A stretch of 64,000 nt of DNA, from the NCBI GenBank assembly GCA_964016885.1, contig OZ024742.1:337032001-337096000 (forward strand). Direction: 5' to 3'. Made by a program: the position numbers and the translations under genes. Below the pieces are notes generated by a model, which was not told the origin of the DNA, did not search any database, and worked only from the letters and a program-made list of their open reading frames with translations. This DNA comes from Eledone cirrhosa. Taxonomy: Eukaryota. Shown here one piece after another: positions 15,616 to 29,367 of the stretch (within the stretch, counting starts at the first letter, position 1; every line of letters begins with the position of its first letter).

Positions 15616-16294
15616 ATATCGTCCTGATCTACATCATCATCAACACTATCGTTGATGCCGACATAAAACTGACTTCTGCTACTGTATATATTATATATAT
15701 AATTCACATTCATCTCGGTTTACTACCATAGACGGAACTTCTTTTTTTTTTCGTTATTATTATAGCTGACTTCGATATAAAACATTACACAAATATATAT
15801 TGACATACACACCTATACATTAGTACGCATTAAATATATATATATATGTATATACATTAAGACACACACACATAAATATATATATATAACCGCCTATTAT
15901 TTTACAGCTAACATCGACATGACAATCAGTTTTGGCAATTGTGGTTTTTTCATATTCATCCGATGTTGTCCCAGAACACATCACTTAACTTCCATTGTTT
16001 TATATAGTTTCATTAAGATATTTATTTATTAAATCATTACCATAAGACATCACCTCCAAATTGCAAATTGAATGGATTTAATTTTTTTTTTTTTGTAGCT
16101 CAGGAAAATAACACGATCTTAAATAACTTAATGGAGTAGCTTTCTAGCGAAACTACGTATTATATCATCAGGTATTAACTAAGCTCCAGTTTAGTCTGTA
16201 ACATGTCTTACAGTTTATTTTAAGACAACGTATTTTAAAAATTCGTTCGGTTTCTTAAATTTAGACTTAATTAATCTATCTTATTCTCTCTCAT

Positions 16295-16402
16295 CCCGCC
16301 GAGGTTCACTTTGCCTTTCATTCTTACGGGGTCGATAAAATAAAATACCAGTAATGCACTGAGATAATTGCTAGCCTTGTGCCAAAAGTAGAAACAATTA
16401 TT
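16295..16402 (+). mobile_element. SINE 3' fragment (family with GCCTTTCATCC..GGGGTCGATAAA central domain)
   Basis: Matches fuller copy at 39173-39370. Confidence 0.7.
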
Positions 16403-17162
16403 TTTCTCGCTATCTCCTTCAGTTTTCTTTATCTTCCCCCTTCTATTTATTTCTTTAACTTCCCTTTGTTCCGCCTCTATATCTATCTATCTATCTCTCT
16501 TTACCTCCCCCTACCCTTTATTCATTCTCTGTCTACCTATCTTTCTTTACACACACACATTATTCCTCCTCTCTATCTGTTCCCCCTTTAACTCACACCT
16601 TTCTTTCGCTTTCTCTCTGTTTATCATTCACCTCTATTCTGCTCAATCTTCCTTTATTTCTATATCTGTCTTCCTCCTCTCTCTTTCTTTTCCTACTCCT
16701 ATATGCTTCTTTATCCTTCTCTTTCTCCCCCTCCTGTATACCTCTCTCTCTCTATTGCCATAGTAGTGAAATCTGCGTACAGCTGATTTCGAAATGGCAA
16801 AACAGGAAGTAGTAATTTTATTATTTAAATAAGGGAATATATAATGATATAAAACAGCCACTAGTCTTGCACACACGTACACAAAACCTTTCACCTTCTG
16901 TTTGTGTATTTTACACACAAATATATAAACATTACTTACATAATTAAATTGGGCACACATAGATAGCTTCCAAAATGCATGATGGACATTAATATACACA
17001 CGCGCACACACATAAATATGCATACATACGGATTGGTAAATAACTAGTTTCTTGAATGGTTAGCATTTATATTTGTATATATATATATATTCTTGCTCAT
17101 AAACATTGTGATGTATGTATATGCAAATATTTTCATCTATGTATAGTTACACGTATATAATA

Positions 17163-17208
<46 letters not shown>

Positions 17209-17999
17209 ACGTGTAATTATACATGAATATTAGAATATTTGCAAATACATGCATCACAATGTTTGTGTGCAAGCATATATATATATTGCACATTTTACGA
17301 ATGTTATTTCAAATAGCTCTTACTAGTTAATCTCTCTCGCACACACACACACTCTCTCTCTCTCTCTCTCTCTCTCTTGTGTGTATGTCTCGGGGGCTGG
17401 GATTTGATTTGTGTACACGTGTAGATTCTTTTCATTGCATCTGCATATATATATATGTCGGTATTTCATTTAAGATTACACATACATATATAATATATAG
17501 ATATTAGATTGTGATCTGGTGATCTTGGTAGTCCACAAAGGAAGAATTCAATATTTATAATGGAGTAAATATATAAGTTGATTTATACATTTTCTTGCAA
17601 CATAACTACGATGTTGCAGCAGGGATATATATGTGTGAGTGCGTATACATACATATATATGTCTGTTTATCCTGGAATGTGCAGCGGGACTCTCTCTCTC
17701 TTTCTTTACCTTCCTTCTATATTATCTGTAATCCACCCTCAATCCCAAATCAAACAAGCGTTCACTGATCGTAGTCTTACCCTCTTTCATGTTGCAAACA
17801 GTTTGACATTAAAAGAATAACGTAAGTCTCTGAGCGTTTGATCGATAAATAACGATTTCCTTGGCGTTTAATTGGCAAAAAAAAAGTGTATTACATATGG
17901 TTATGTATTGTATTATATATAGCTATTACAGCCTAGAAGTGTCATTTTAGCTATTCAAAAACACAAAAATTGTTTATTTCACTTTACATATATCACTAT

Positions 18000-18170
18000 A
18001 TGCTTTATGACATAGAGTTACGACCCTTTACTTCTGAGTTCAAATCCCGCCGAGGTTAGCTTTGCCTTTCATCCTTATGGGCACGATAAAATAAAGTACT
18101 AGGGTCAATTTAATCGACTTTCCCCTCCCCAAAAATTGTTGGCCTTGTGCCTAAATCAGAAACCTTTATT
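18000..18170 (+). mobile_element. SINE copy, same family
   Basis: GAGTTCAAATCC B box followed by GCCGAGGTTAGCTTTGCCTTTCATCC. Confidence 0.7.
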
Positions 18171-18294
18171 TCCTGGTGTTAAAATTTTCGTCGCACTGAT
18201 TGCAACCGAGTCACAGATAATTTCTCTGCTGTTGGAACTGTGCCATTATCCAGGTTGCAAACAGTGCGACAAATACACACACGCATATATATAT

Positions 18295-18810
18295 TATCAT
18301 CATCATACTCCATTTCCTGTGTTAGCAAGAGTTAAACAGGCCACGGCTACATCTCACATTTATTCCTGCACCCTACAGAATACACTGGAAGCCTTTCCAC
18401 ACTCTACTAAGTGCATTTTATCATGGTACCAGCACTAGGGATGTTATATCTTTGAAGAGCCCTTTCAATCTTTTGTTTGGCAAGTTATATACAGCTGGAT
18501 GCCCTCCTTATCATTACCCACTTTACATAGTGTACTGGGTTTGGTTTATCGTATCACCAAGTCTCATCTTTTTTGTGTGTATGGTTTCTATAACTATGCC
18601 TTTCTTATCACCATCCCCTTTACAGAGTGTAATGGATGCATTTTTCATGAAACCAGCATTAGAAAGGTTGACTGAAGAGTCCTCTCAATCATTTTGGCAT
18701 GATTTCTACTGCTGGAAGCCCTTCCGAGCATCAACCATTCTGCAGAGTGTACTGGGTGTTCTATCATGGCACCAGCTCTGGAGAGGTTCTCGGTCACTGA
18801 CCTGACTAAA
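18295..18810 (-). repeat. Degenerate tandem subrepeats of an RTE/SINE 3' tail family
   Basis: Repeated GGATGCCCT...TTTACAGAGTGTACTGGGTG...CATGGCACCAGC units related to 11640-11720. Confidence 0.55.
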
Positions 18811-19209
18811 AAGCCCTCTCTAACCTATGTGGAGGGGGAAGGAAAGAAACATGATGAAAATGACATCATGGTAGGTACCAATATGTGAGAGGGAGGAGAA
18901 TGATAAGTCTAATGTCATGGTTGAGTGGTGGGGTTAAAGGGGTGGTGGTGTGGGGGGAAGAGAAGGTCTGAGAAAATATGTCATGGTTGTATGACGTGGA
19001 GTTTGACTGCGTGATGAGAAGGCGGATCTCAGGAAGAGAGTACTGTGATGATAAGAACTAAGGAGTTATAACTAGATTAAGTGGGTGGGTTGGGGTGTAC
19101 AGTTATAGCAATGGGGGATGGTCATGATTGGGTCAGGTTCAATTTTTTATGCTAATAAGCAAGTCTTCTCCAGTATCACATGCCACCATTTCTCATGGTT
19201 CTTTATCAT

Positions 19210-20525
19210 CTCTGAGATGCAGTTTGGTTTTGTGCCTGGGAAAAGTACAACAGATGCCCTCTTCTTAGTGATACAACTTCAAGAGAGGTTCTTAGAGAAG
19301 AATAAGCCACTATACTTAGCTTTTGTTGACCTAGAGAAGGCCTTTGATAGGGTACCCCGATCTGTCATCTGGTGGTCCCTAAGGAAACTAGGTGTTGAGG
19401 AATGGCTTGTGTGGACAGTGCAAGCTTTGTACAGAGGTGCTGTCAGTAAAGTGAGGGTAGGAATGGAGTTTAGTGAGGAATTCCAGATACAAGTAGGAGT
19501 ACATCAGGGTTCGGTCCTCAGCCCGCGCTTGTTCATTATAGTCCTCCAAGCCATAACAGAGGAGTTTAAGACTGGCTGCCCATGGGAACTTCTCTATGCT
19601 GATGATGGGTTCTTATAGCAGAATCAGTAGAGGAGCTAGAGAATAAATTCTGGCTGTGGAAACAGCAGTTGGAATTAAGAGGACTGAGAGTGAACTTAGC
19701 TAAGACAAAAGTGTTGATAAGTAGCAAAGAGGACAAAACTCTGATTCCGTCAGGGAAATGGCCATGTTCGATATGTAGAAAAGGAACTGGCATAGATTCT
19801 ATAAAATGTACACAATACAGATCTTGGGTACACAAGAGATGTAGTGGGATAACAGGCAAACTAACAGGTAGGGGAAAATACGTATGCAGTAGATGTACAG
19901 GGAAATTTGACAGTAGAAGTCACAGTGATAGACACATTTTTCAAATGCAGGTAGGTTCTATAGAAGTGGGTGATAGCTTCTGGCACCTAGACGATCAGAT
20001 TAGCATGGAAGGGGGGTGTTCTGAGGCCATAGTATCTAGAATAAGAACGGGTTGGAAGAAGTTTAGGGAGCTGCTGACAAAAGGGTTTCTCCCTGCATAT
20101 GAAAGGCCGGTTATATGATGCCTGTGTGAGATTCGCGATGCTGCATGGTAGTGAGACTTGGGCAGCAACTGCAGAGGATATGCGACAGTTGGAGAGAAAT
20201 GAAGCAAGCATGCTCCGTTGGATGTGTAGTGTCAGAGAAACTGTATAAGAGGGATAAGTTGTAGTGTGCGGGAGAGAAGACTGCGATGGTATGGACATGT
20301 GATGTGCATGGAGGATGACCGCTGGGTAAAGAAATGCCAGTAGAAGGAAGACGCAGTAGAGGAAGACCACGAAAAACATGGGCAGAGGTGGTGACAGCAG
20401 ACCTCAGATCACTGAAACTCATGGAGGAGATGACGAAGGACCGTGACAAGTGGAGAGATGCTGTGCTAAATAGGACCCATCCCACCCTTGCAAGCAGGGA
20501 AAAGCGGATGTAGAATGATGATGAT
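19210..20525 (+). pseudogene. RTE LINE reverse transcriptase, 5'-truncated and frameshifted
   Basis: QFGFVPGKSTTDA, AFVDLEKAFDRV, GVHQGSVLSP, LLYADD; (GAT)n tail at ~20515-20525. Confidence 0.92.
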
Positions 20526-20639
20526 CGTAAGATTCAGCTTCCTACTTTATCACATGCCTTCCTAAGATTACGCAATTACTCTCTGTTGCTACTCTGTGTT
20601 TTATGGTTGCCTCCCTAGTTAGTATGCATTTATATATAT

Positions 20640-21350
20640 ATATGTAGGTTAAGATATATTTTCAAGCTTTGTCAAAAATGTATTTATCCTAAGGCTGGAA
20701 AAAAATTATGTATTTGGTGGGGTTCAATTGTTAATCCACTTTAAAGTATGTCCTGTGTGCCTCCACACACTTAGCCTAATAAATCCTTCCACTGTTCAAA
20801 GTACATTTGGAATACTTCGTCAGGCATGGCTATCAGCTCCACTATCACTGTTCGCACTTTGTCTTCTTGGCTCTGAAAGTGGGAAATACTGAGTGGCATC
20901 TTCAGTTTTTTAAACAACCAGAAGAGGGAAGCAGCCATGTCTAGAGAAAGCTTGGATCAGTTGTCAGCCAAGACATTGTCATGATCCAGTCTTTTGCACC
21001 TAACTGCATCATAAAGACATCAGAGGACCTCCTGATAGTACTCCTTTCTATCTATTTGTCTATCTGGTGTGTACGTGTGATGCATAATGCTTCAGTAGTT
21101 GAAGAAAACAGTCGTTATTATGGCAAAATTAGATGCTTCCATGTGTTGACTGAGCTTTTGGTTTCCAGATCATATCTATACACTCTTGTCTTGGTGGCTG
21201 TATTAGGTGAAAGGAAAATATGACAAGAAAATAGTACAACACCTCATAAGCTGGCTGTCTGACAGCAACTAACACATCCAGTGAGCTTGCCAAAACCCAC
21301 ACATTTGTATGAATGTGTGGCTCCACTCTGCATACTTTTATCTCCTTAAT
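20640..21350 (-). mobile_element. Highly degraded mariner-like transposase remnant
   Basis: Minus strand near 20740-20780 reads AKCVEAHRTYF, resembling the mariner C-terminal KCV..G.YF motif; boundaries uncertain. Confidence 0.4.
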
Positions 21351-21983
21351 ATCCACAGGAAAAAATGAAGTCGGATATGTTTTTGACAGGTCTCACATAT
21401 GTAATTGTATATATGTGCAGAGGTGTAACTAGAGAAAATTACACCCCTGCCCAAACCCCTCCTACCATGACGCATTCATATTGCTATCCCTACAGAATTG
21501 GACTTTTAGTTCAGGGTGGAGCTGGGAGAAATGGTAATCTGTCACTCAGGATGCATTTAGCAGAGTTAACTTCCTTTTACTCATCTCAAGGGCTCTGAAG
21601 AAATACAGGGTCATGGGTATTGCCTTACCTCCCTGACTAAACAGTAGAAAACAAAAATAAATAGGTGTACATGACAGGTGAGATGGAACTGCCTTCCCAG
21701 ATCAGGTAGAACAGTGGAGAAAATTAGGCTGACTGAGAAAGCAAAAAAGAATTAACAAATTATCAATGACGGCAACTGAGAGTCCACCAAAATTCTTAAT
21801 AAGCAATCTTTGTAAAAAATTTTGCATTAATTTTTTTCCAATGATATTATTTCTTTCAGCTAAATCCATTGTTATACATCAGTCTCCTTTATGTTTATTG
21901 CAGAAGATCTATTTTTAGTCTTCAATGTAACAATGTGTATATAAGTGATTAGAAGCCAAACATAATGTTCATGAGTTCTATAC

Positions 21984-22320
21984 AGGCTTAGTGGTTAGGG
22001 CATTGGGATTATGATCTCATGATTGGGAATTCGTTTCTCAGACTGAACAGTGTGTTGTATCCTTGAGCAAGACACTTTATTTCACATTGCTCCAGTTCAC
22101 TCAGCTGGGACGTCACTGGTGCCAAGCTATATCAGCCATTGCCTTTTCCTTAGACAACATAGGTTGCATGGAGAGGGGAGACTGGTATGCATTGGGGACT
22201 AATGGTTTTCCACAAAAACACCTTGCTCAATCTTGTGCCATGGAGGGGAACTTTTTAGGTACAAAACCCATGGTCATTTGTGGCCAAAAAGGGTCTTTAC
22301 ACTTTATACAAGTGATTCAC
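21984..22320 (+). mobile_element. tRNA-derived SINE, same core as 11556-11895
   Basis: GGCTTAGTGGTTAGGGC A box; TCCTTGAGCAAGACACTTTATTTCACATTGCTCCAG core. Confidence 0.7.
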
Positions 22321-22699
22321 TCTTGTGTGTGTTCTGTTCTTGTGTGTACACTAAATCTTATGGGGGGAAATGCACAAATTGTTTTATCATCAATGCATCA
22401 AATATGCAGATTGCAGTAAGCAAATAAGTTCTGATTATAAAGGAAAACTAGTTAAGCCTCTTTGTGTTGGTCACACATCAGTATCTCCAAAATAGCAACA
22501 GACTCTGAGCTATTTATTTATTTATTACAGATTCAATACCAAATATGTTGGATAAAAAAGGTGAGAGGGCTAATGATAAAAATGATATATCTATAACCTA
22601 TACAATTTCCCAAAAGTATTGCCAAGGACAATATTTACGATTGTTGATAATGATACTCAGGAATGACAAAAAACCTTGAGTCTCTAAAAAAAAGCCAAG

Positions 22700-23490
22700 C
22701 TCTTACAAATCTGAAAACATTTTAGTGACAAAAATGAGCATAAAGTGAATGTTAACCATGAATTTCTATTGGCTCTGCTGCCTCTACAAGATAATATCAC
22801 TAAAACTGGACCAAACCAGTCAGATTTGACACCATATAAGCCAAAAGAATTTGGAAAGGAGTCTAATTTGAGAAATATCATGTGTGAATGGTTTAAATTT
22901 AATTCTTGGTTTAGCTTTAATATTGTAAAATGTTCATGCATAGTAACATTTACTTTTGAAAACTGGAAAACAGGCACCAACTGGGAAAGGTTGCAAAAGG
23001 TGCTTGTCATCAGCAAACCGTGACAAAGTAAAAAAAACAGTTGAGTGAACACAAAGCACAAAACATTAGGTCAACACAAGCAGTAAGTAGAGCAGAACAA
23101 AGAATACTTGAAAATTATAACCAAAACACTATTGTTCACTGCCTAACAAAATATAATTCTATGAGGTTGAGGATTGGAATACAGTAACTTAGTCAAAGTT
23201 TTCCTATATTAACTATAATAGTTTTGGGGAATTTCTACATCTTAAATCCAAGAATATTCCTTAGGAGAAAAACTAAAAAGTCAGTTAAATGCATATGTGT
23301 ACTGGACCTTATCCATTGCCCAAATTGAAATTTTTGATATCATGGCTGATGTTGTTTCAATCACAGCAAAGGCTGTAAAAAAAATGTTTAGAATACTCCA
23401 TTATTGTTGATGAAATGTCAGACATCAGCAAATTTGGTCAAGTTGACATATGCCTCAGATTCATCACAAGTGTTCTTTATGAGTTCATCA
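22700..23490 (+). pseudogene. hAT (ZMYM1/DUF4371-like) transposase remnant
   Basis: EYSIIVDEMSDISK..QVDICLRF at ~23391-23462 and F.NWK upstream; many stops. Confidence 0.6.
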
Positions 23491-23499
23491 AAAATTCAT

Positions 23500-25690
23500 T
23501 TTGGATGCTGGAAATGGAACTTGACAGAACTGTTGTTGCAAATATGGACTGTTATAAGAATCAGGTCATCAACATACTGAAGTTCCCATTAACAGTTAGT
23601 CTTAAACTCCCCTGGAGAACTATGATAAACAGGAATGGACTGAGGACTGAGTGCTGACACACATTGAATTCCTCATTAAACTCATTGCACTACTCTCGCA
23701 AGCCATTCTTTTATACCTGGTTTTGTTTAGGGCCACTACATAACAGATTGTAGTACTCTGTCAAAGACCTTCTCCAGATCAACAAAAGCTAGTTATTGTG
23801 GCATACACTTAACTTGGAACTTTTCACTAAGTAGAGGGTATCTGTGGTGCTCCTACCTGGCACAAAACAAAACTAAAAATCTAATTTGACTCTGTCTCTA
23901 ATTAGTTGTTCTAAAACTCTTTCTATCACTCACATAACTTGGTCCATCAGTTTTATGCCCCTGTAGTAACTCCTTTCTAACACATCACCTTCCCATCCTC
24001 ATCATCATCATTTTACGTCCACTTTTCCCTGCTTGCAAGGGTTGGACGGGTCCTATTCAGCACAGCATCTCTCCACTTGTCACGGTCCTTCGTCATCTCC
24101 TCGGTTACTTTCAGCGATCTGAGGTCTGCTCTCACCACCTCCGCCCATGTTTTTCGTGGTCTTCCTCTAGTGCGTCTTCCTTCTATACTATGTCAGTCAT
24201 TGGGTATGACTCCATCATATGTTACCTCATTGATTTTGTAGATGACTAATTTGATCCCTACTTTTCCAAAAGATTTGAGCATCTCAGCGACTATCTCTCA
24301 AAAATCAACAGCTTTACCATTCTTCGTTTCTTTGATTGCTTCTTTGACCCTATAACTGTTAATTTCAATATCTGGTCCTCCTGTTGGGTCAACTAGCAGT
24401 AGTCTCCTTTTCTCCCACTCATTCTCCACATTCATCAACTTCTCACAATAGTATTTCTATAGCTCTATATTTTGAGCATCAGTGATGTTAGATACTCGGA
24501 TGTCATTTCAAACGCTTTTCCCTATCAATGTCCCGGTTTTCATTGACACACTGCTTTGCAACATGAAACAACCCATGTCCCTGATCCTCACATTACAAGA
24601 CACTGGCAAACCTCCTACTTTCAGCTTCTTTACATGCTATGTATACCTGTTGTTTAGCTTCTCTTTTAGCTACATGATATTGATCTTTGTTGCCCCCATT
24701 TTTCCAGTTTCTCCATGCCTATTTCACCCATAGCGCAGTTCTACCACCAGGTCACTCTGTTCAGCTGGTGCTTTGCTTCAGCCACAAATCTCTTCAGTAG
24801 CTTGCAAGGGGGTTGTCTCATAGAAACTTCCAGTTGTCCTCTATGCCATATGTATCTCACTCTTCCTCCCTTTTGTCATATGCATCATGTAAAGCATTTC
24901 TAAACCTATATTTAACAGAGAGGTCCTTTAGCTTCCATACTCTCCTTCTTCATATTTTCCTGTGTGCCTTGTTCCATCTTGTGCCTATTCTGATGTCACT
25001 AATAACTAACTTATGTTGTGTGGTACATTCTTCTCTAGGGAAGAACTTAGCATTCATAACCAGCTGCCTATCCTTTTTTTTAACATGTAAGAAGTCAATC
25101 TAGTTTGTGTGTTCACCTGATTGGTAAGTGATCAGGTGACTAGTTGGTTTCCTGAAGTTAGTGTTGCAAATGATTAGTTTATTTGCATGACAGAATCCTA
25201 GGAGCCTTGCTCCCTCTGCATTTTTTTAGCCATATCCATAACCACCATGTACTCCTGTATTGCCATCCAAGTGCTGCCCAACATGTCCATTGAAGTTGCC
25301 AGCTAGGTCTTTATCATCTGTAACTGAAGTTGTCTGTAAGAGTTCCTACTCAGATGTGATTGTGGTGCATAAGTAGAAAAAATTGTTGTCAATCTATTAC
25401 CTATGACTATTCTGAGCTTGTTAAACCTGTTGCCTGCTCTAACAACAATCACCTTATCTATCCACTTCTCGGCTAATAGAATGCCTACTGCACCTACCCC
25501 AACCTCATTTCCTAACCAGAAAAGCTTTATCTATGCTGTTTGCTTGTGAGTAGTCTTACTGAGGCACCCCTCCATTTCATCTCTTGAACACAGCACACAT
25601 CCACTCATTTCCTTTCAAACATCTCCACATTTTTTCCAGGTCTACTTTTTAGTGTACCCACATTGAGAGTGGCAGCTGTAAGACATGTTA
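23500..25690 (-). pseudogene. Old RTE LINE (endonuclease to RT) with a younger RTE 3' tail inserted at ~23998-24190
   Basis: Minus strand LAFVDLEKVFDRV near 23790; TLNVGTL..R/VCCVQE endonuclease motifs near 25580-25670; 23998-24190 is the reverse complement of ~20345-20525. Confidence 0.75.
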
Positions 25691-26104
25691 CAACTGTTTT
25701 CCAAAGTTGGTAGTATATAGTTTATCGACATACTTTCCAAGGGTGAAACTAGAAAACGTTTTGAGAAAGTCTTGAAACCAATTTATTGTCACCACATTAC
25801 ATTGGATGATAGTGTTTATATCCTCAATATGAGTAGTATAACTTAGATATGCCTGAAACATAGATTTCCCAGAGATGGCAACATGAATGGACCTGTTATT
25901 TTTCTTTAAAATATGTTGTTGTTTTTTTCATTTCCATTACTGCCTGTCTCCTCAATCTTTCTATTTCTTCATTAATTGCTTATTCTATTTTCTGATGATG
26001 GACTAGTGTCCAAAACGTTAAGATTCTTTTCTTACGATATCATGCATAAAACTAATATGTTTCTTCATTGTACTGTGTCATTTGCTTTGTTATTTCTGTT
26101 TCCC

Positions 26105-26430
26105 ACACCAACCTTTCTCTGTAAAGTTATGTTGGTACCACAGAATATCCAGTCTACACGAAAGTGGTTGTGTAGGTATCACGACAAAAAGCACCCAGTC
26201 CACGCTGTAAAGTGGTCGTGTAGGAGACATGGTAAAAAGGCTCCCAGTCCAAACTGTAAATGTGGTTGGTGTTAGGAATTGGCATCCAGCCATAGAAAAC
26301 CTGCCAGATACAGTCCTATATGAGCGAGATACGGTCACCTGATCAATCTTGCCTTAAGTGGGACAATTCCCGTCTAACCCATGCTAGCGTGGAAGATAGA
26401 CATTAAACAATGATGATTATGATGATGATA
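26105..26430 (+). mobile_element. RTE 3'-UTR-only insertion
   Basis: Homologous to 585-895; (GAT)n tail. Confidence 0.75.
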
Positions 26431-26779
26431 TATATGTATTTAATATAGAAATGGCTTCTACAGGATTAGAACTGTTTCATTCGAAGGAAATCAAATGAAA
26501 CTGTTCTAATATTGTAGAAGCCATTTCTATATTAAATATTTATACTCTGCTATGTATTGAGTACCCTACTTACTGTGGTTACCCCCAATTGAACCCGGGA
26601 TACACACACAAAGAGTCAAGACCCCGAAAGCTGAGCTCTAGCCGTTTCGACAACTAGATCCGAACTAAGCCAGCAGTATTAGAACAGCAGGAATCTAGCT
26701 GAACTTATCAACTGGTCCACCTGATAATTACCACACCTTCTTTGTTATATATATATCTGCTGAAGCATATAGACAATGT

Positions 26780-27065
26780 GCCCCCACCTCCTCCCACTGC
26801 AAAGTGGTTGTGGAGGTGCCACGGCAAAAAAGCACCCAGCCCACACTGTAAAGTGGTTGTGTAGGTGCCACGGAAAAAAAGCACCGAGCACTCACTGTAA
26901 ATGAGGTTGGTGTTAGGAAGGGCATCCAGCTGTAGAAATCAAGCCAAAATCAGTTCCCGGATGAGCAAGATATGGTCAGCCGACCTGGCACTGCCCACAA
27001 CAGGACAACCTGTCTAACCTATGCTAGCGTGGAAGAATGGATGTAAAACGGTGATGATGATGATA
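26780..27065 (+). mobile_element. RTE/SINE 3'-tail insertion
   Basis: Homologous to the reverse of 11620-11730; (GAT)n tail. Confidence 0.7.
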
Positions 27066-27074
27066 TATATATAT

Positions 27075-27664
27075 GAGTTGTACTGGTAACATGTAACTCA
27101 GTACAACTTGTCACATGTTTGGGTCGTCGGCGACTAAACCAGCAACCCCACCAAGTTTACTTGATGAGGAGGGTGATTTTGGACACCCTACAGGATGAAA
27201 AACAAAACCTGACAAAGGGCAGAAGAACTCATAAGAGTCAACAGCCATCCAAAAATGTGTAACTATGTATATACACATGTACATATGTATGTATATATGT
27301 ATATGCATGTATATGTATATGTGCGGGGATATAGAAATAGTCGGGCTGGATACCCGATCACACGGTTAAACCACTGGGAATGAAGGACCCCTAGCTTTTG
27401 TCAGGGCATTTTTCTAGGAGAAGGCAACTCAGGAAACTGGGATAACTCCGACAGAAAACCTGTGGTTCAGTAGTTACTGATGATGTTGATCTTTCCTTCT
27501 TTACGGGTTATAGCTACTGTCGCTCAGCGAGTGGGATTGGCTCAGTGCACAGACTTTCCTCACTTTAAAAAAATCTTCACACACAGGCATTGCATGAGAG
27601 AATTAATTAATAATTATTAATAATGGTATATCGTGCAATGGCCATACTCGATAACGAGGAGGCA

Positions 27665-27670
<6 letters not shown>
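27075..27670 (+). mobile_element. Diverged relative of the ~600-bp RTE derivative
   Basis: Shares TACTGGTAACATGTA..CAGTACAAC...GGCGACTAAAC start and GGCC.TACTCGA.AACGAG..GGCAGCCA end. Confidence 0.7.
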
Positions 27671-27695
<25 letters not shown>

Positions 27696-28771
27696 ATGTA
27701 AACAAAACATTTGACTTGAGAAGTATTGGGAAAATTTGAAATGTGTGCGTCCCATCGGAAATGATCTCAATAATAGTCGACCACTATAAATAATAGTTTT
27801 TAAAAATCTGGTAAAAATGGAAAAAGGTGGACGGAGACGTATCTTTAGAAATTTTCTTCACTCAAGTGAAACGCCTGTGTTTACAAAACTATATTGTTTG
27901 TATTTTAGGACGTGTATATTTACTTGTGGATGAATTTCTATGGAATGGGTTTTAAGAAATATAGTTCTCTAGTTGATCTCTATCATTGTCTTCCTTTTAC
28001 TCAACTCCTTGTCTTTTCTTTTTCCCTCACTCGGCCCTATTTTTCCTGAACATTCTCGTTTTCCCCATTCTGTCGCTCTTTTCATGGTGTCACCTTTTCC
28101 CTTTCCCACTTGCACCCTCACTTCTTTCTACATATGAATATTCTTCTTATACCCTTTCTTCTATTCCCCTCTGTATTCCTCTTACTCGTGCCTTTTCTTC
28201 CCCACTCCCTCCCTCTCTTACTAGTCTCACATTTTTTCTCTTTCTTTCTTTATCATTGTTTATTTTTAACAAGTTACAATAAAAACGAAAATATTACACA
28301 TCTAACCTAAAATATAAACGTCGCCTTTAACCTGCTCGAAATAACAGTCACATTCTACACAAACCACACCTTACCCGCTAATAAAAAGAGTAAGGATTAA
28401 TACGATAATGGAATCCTTGATACATTAACTAATATAAGAAGGGATCAGAGTTTGCCTTGCGCTAAACAACATCTACCAAATTGCTGTTGTCTGAGTTTTT
28501 GTTTTAGATAGGGGTGTGGGAAGAGTTGTGACGTTTGAATCATTCTTGGTGGCATATAGCGAAATGAAATGGTTTTAACCAAGAAGCGAACTCCTGGAAA
28601 AGTTACCCAGCTCTGAAGAAACTTACTTGCATCAATATCAACTCCTCTTTATTCGTCTCTATAATGCTCCCTCACTCTGGATCTCTTTCTTCACCCCGTA
28701 CGCCCCAATCAAGCTTTCTCTCTCTTTCATCACCTTTCACCACATCGCTCTCACCCTCTGCCCTTAATCCT

Positions 28772-28845
<74 letters not shown>

Positions 28846-28856
28846 GATAGATAGAT

Positions 28857-29160
28857 ATATTAATTCAAAATATTAACAAAAATAGACATTTGTGTGATCA
28901 AGTATATTTTATTATACATATTTCAGAGGTACAGAGCTATCTTCAACAGTACGTCCTCATCAGATAAGTAGATGGTTAAAATTCAGTGATGACTGCCATG
29001 ACTGAATTTTAACTATCTACTTAGTCAGGGTATGTCATGCCTCATCTTATTTTATCTGATGAGGACGTACTGTTGAAGATAGCTCAGTACCTCTGAAATA
29101 TGTATAATAAAATATAGTTGATCACACGAGTCTATTTTTGTTAATATTTTGAATTAATAT
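28857..29160. mobile_element. Penelope-like pseudo-LTR remnant as an inverted repeat, each arm with a hammerhead motif
   Basis: 28857-28968 is the reverse complement of 29053-29160; CTGATGA...GAAA core in both arms. Confidence 0.65.
29049..29113 (+). ncRNA. Minimal type I hammerhead ribozyme-like motif
   Basis: ATTTTAT-CTGATGA-GGACGTACTG..CAGTACCTCT-GAAA-TATGTA-TA-ATAAAAT; helices I and II pair. Confidence 0.65.
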
Positions 29161-29332
29161 TAATAACTCCGGAAAACCATTCTTGTGGAGTACTTCTAAT
29201 CTATTGTAAAACTTTATTCTTTGATTTATTCATTGAACCTTGTTTAACCTTTAAATATATATATATCCATAACGCTGTCCAGAAATAGCCGTCGAAACAG
29301 CTTGAGCTCTGCCGTCGGGGTCATACTTTTTC

Positions 29333-29367
<35 letters not shown>

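Noticed and set aside
26620-26720. Additional hammerheads (minus strand here, and near 34100-34150 and 45140)
   Set aside because: Core or helix I too degenerate to call
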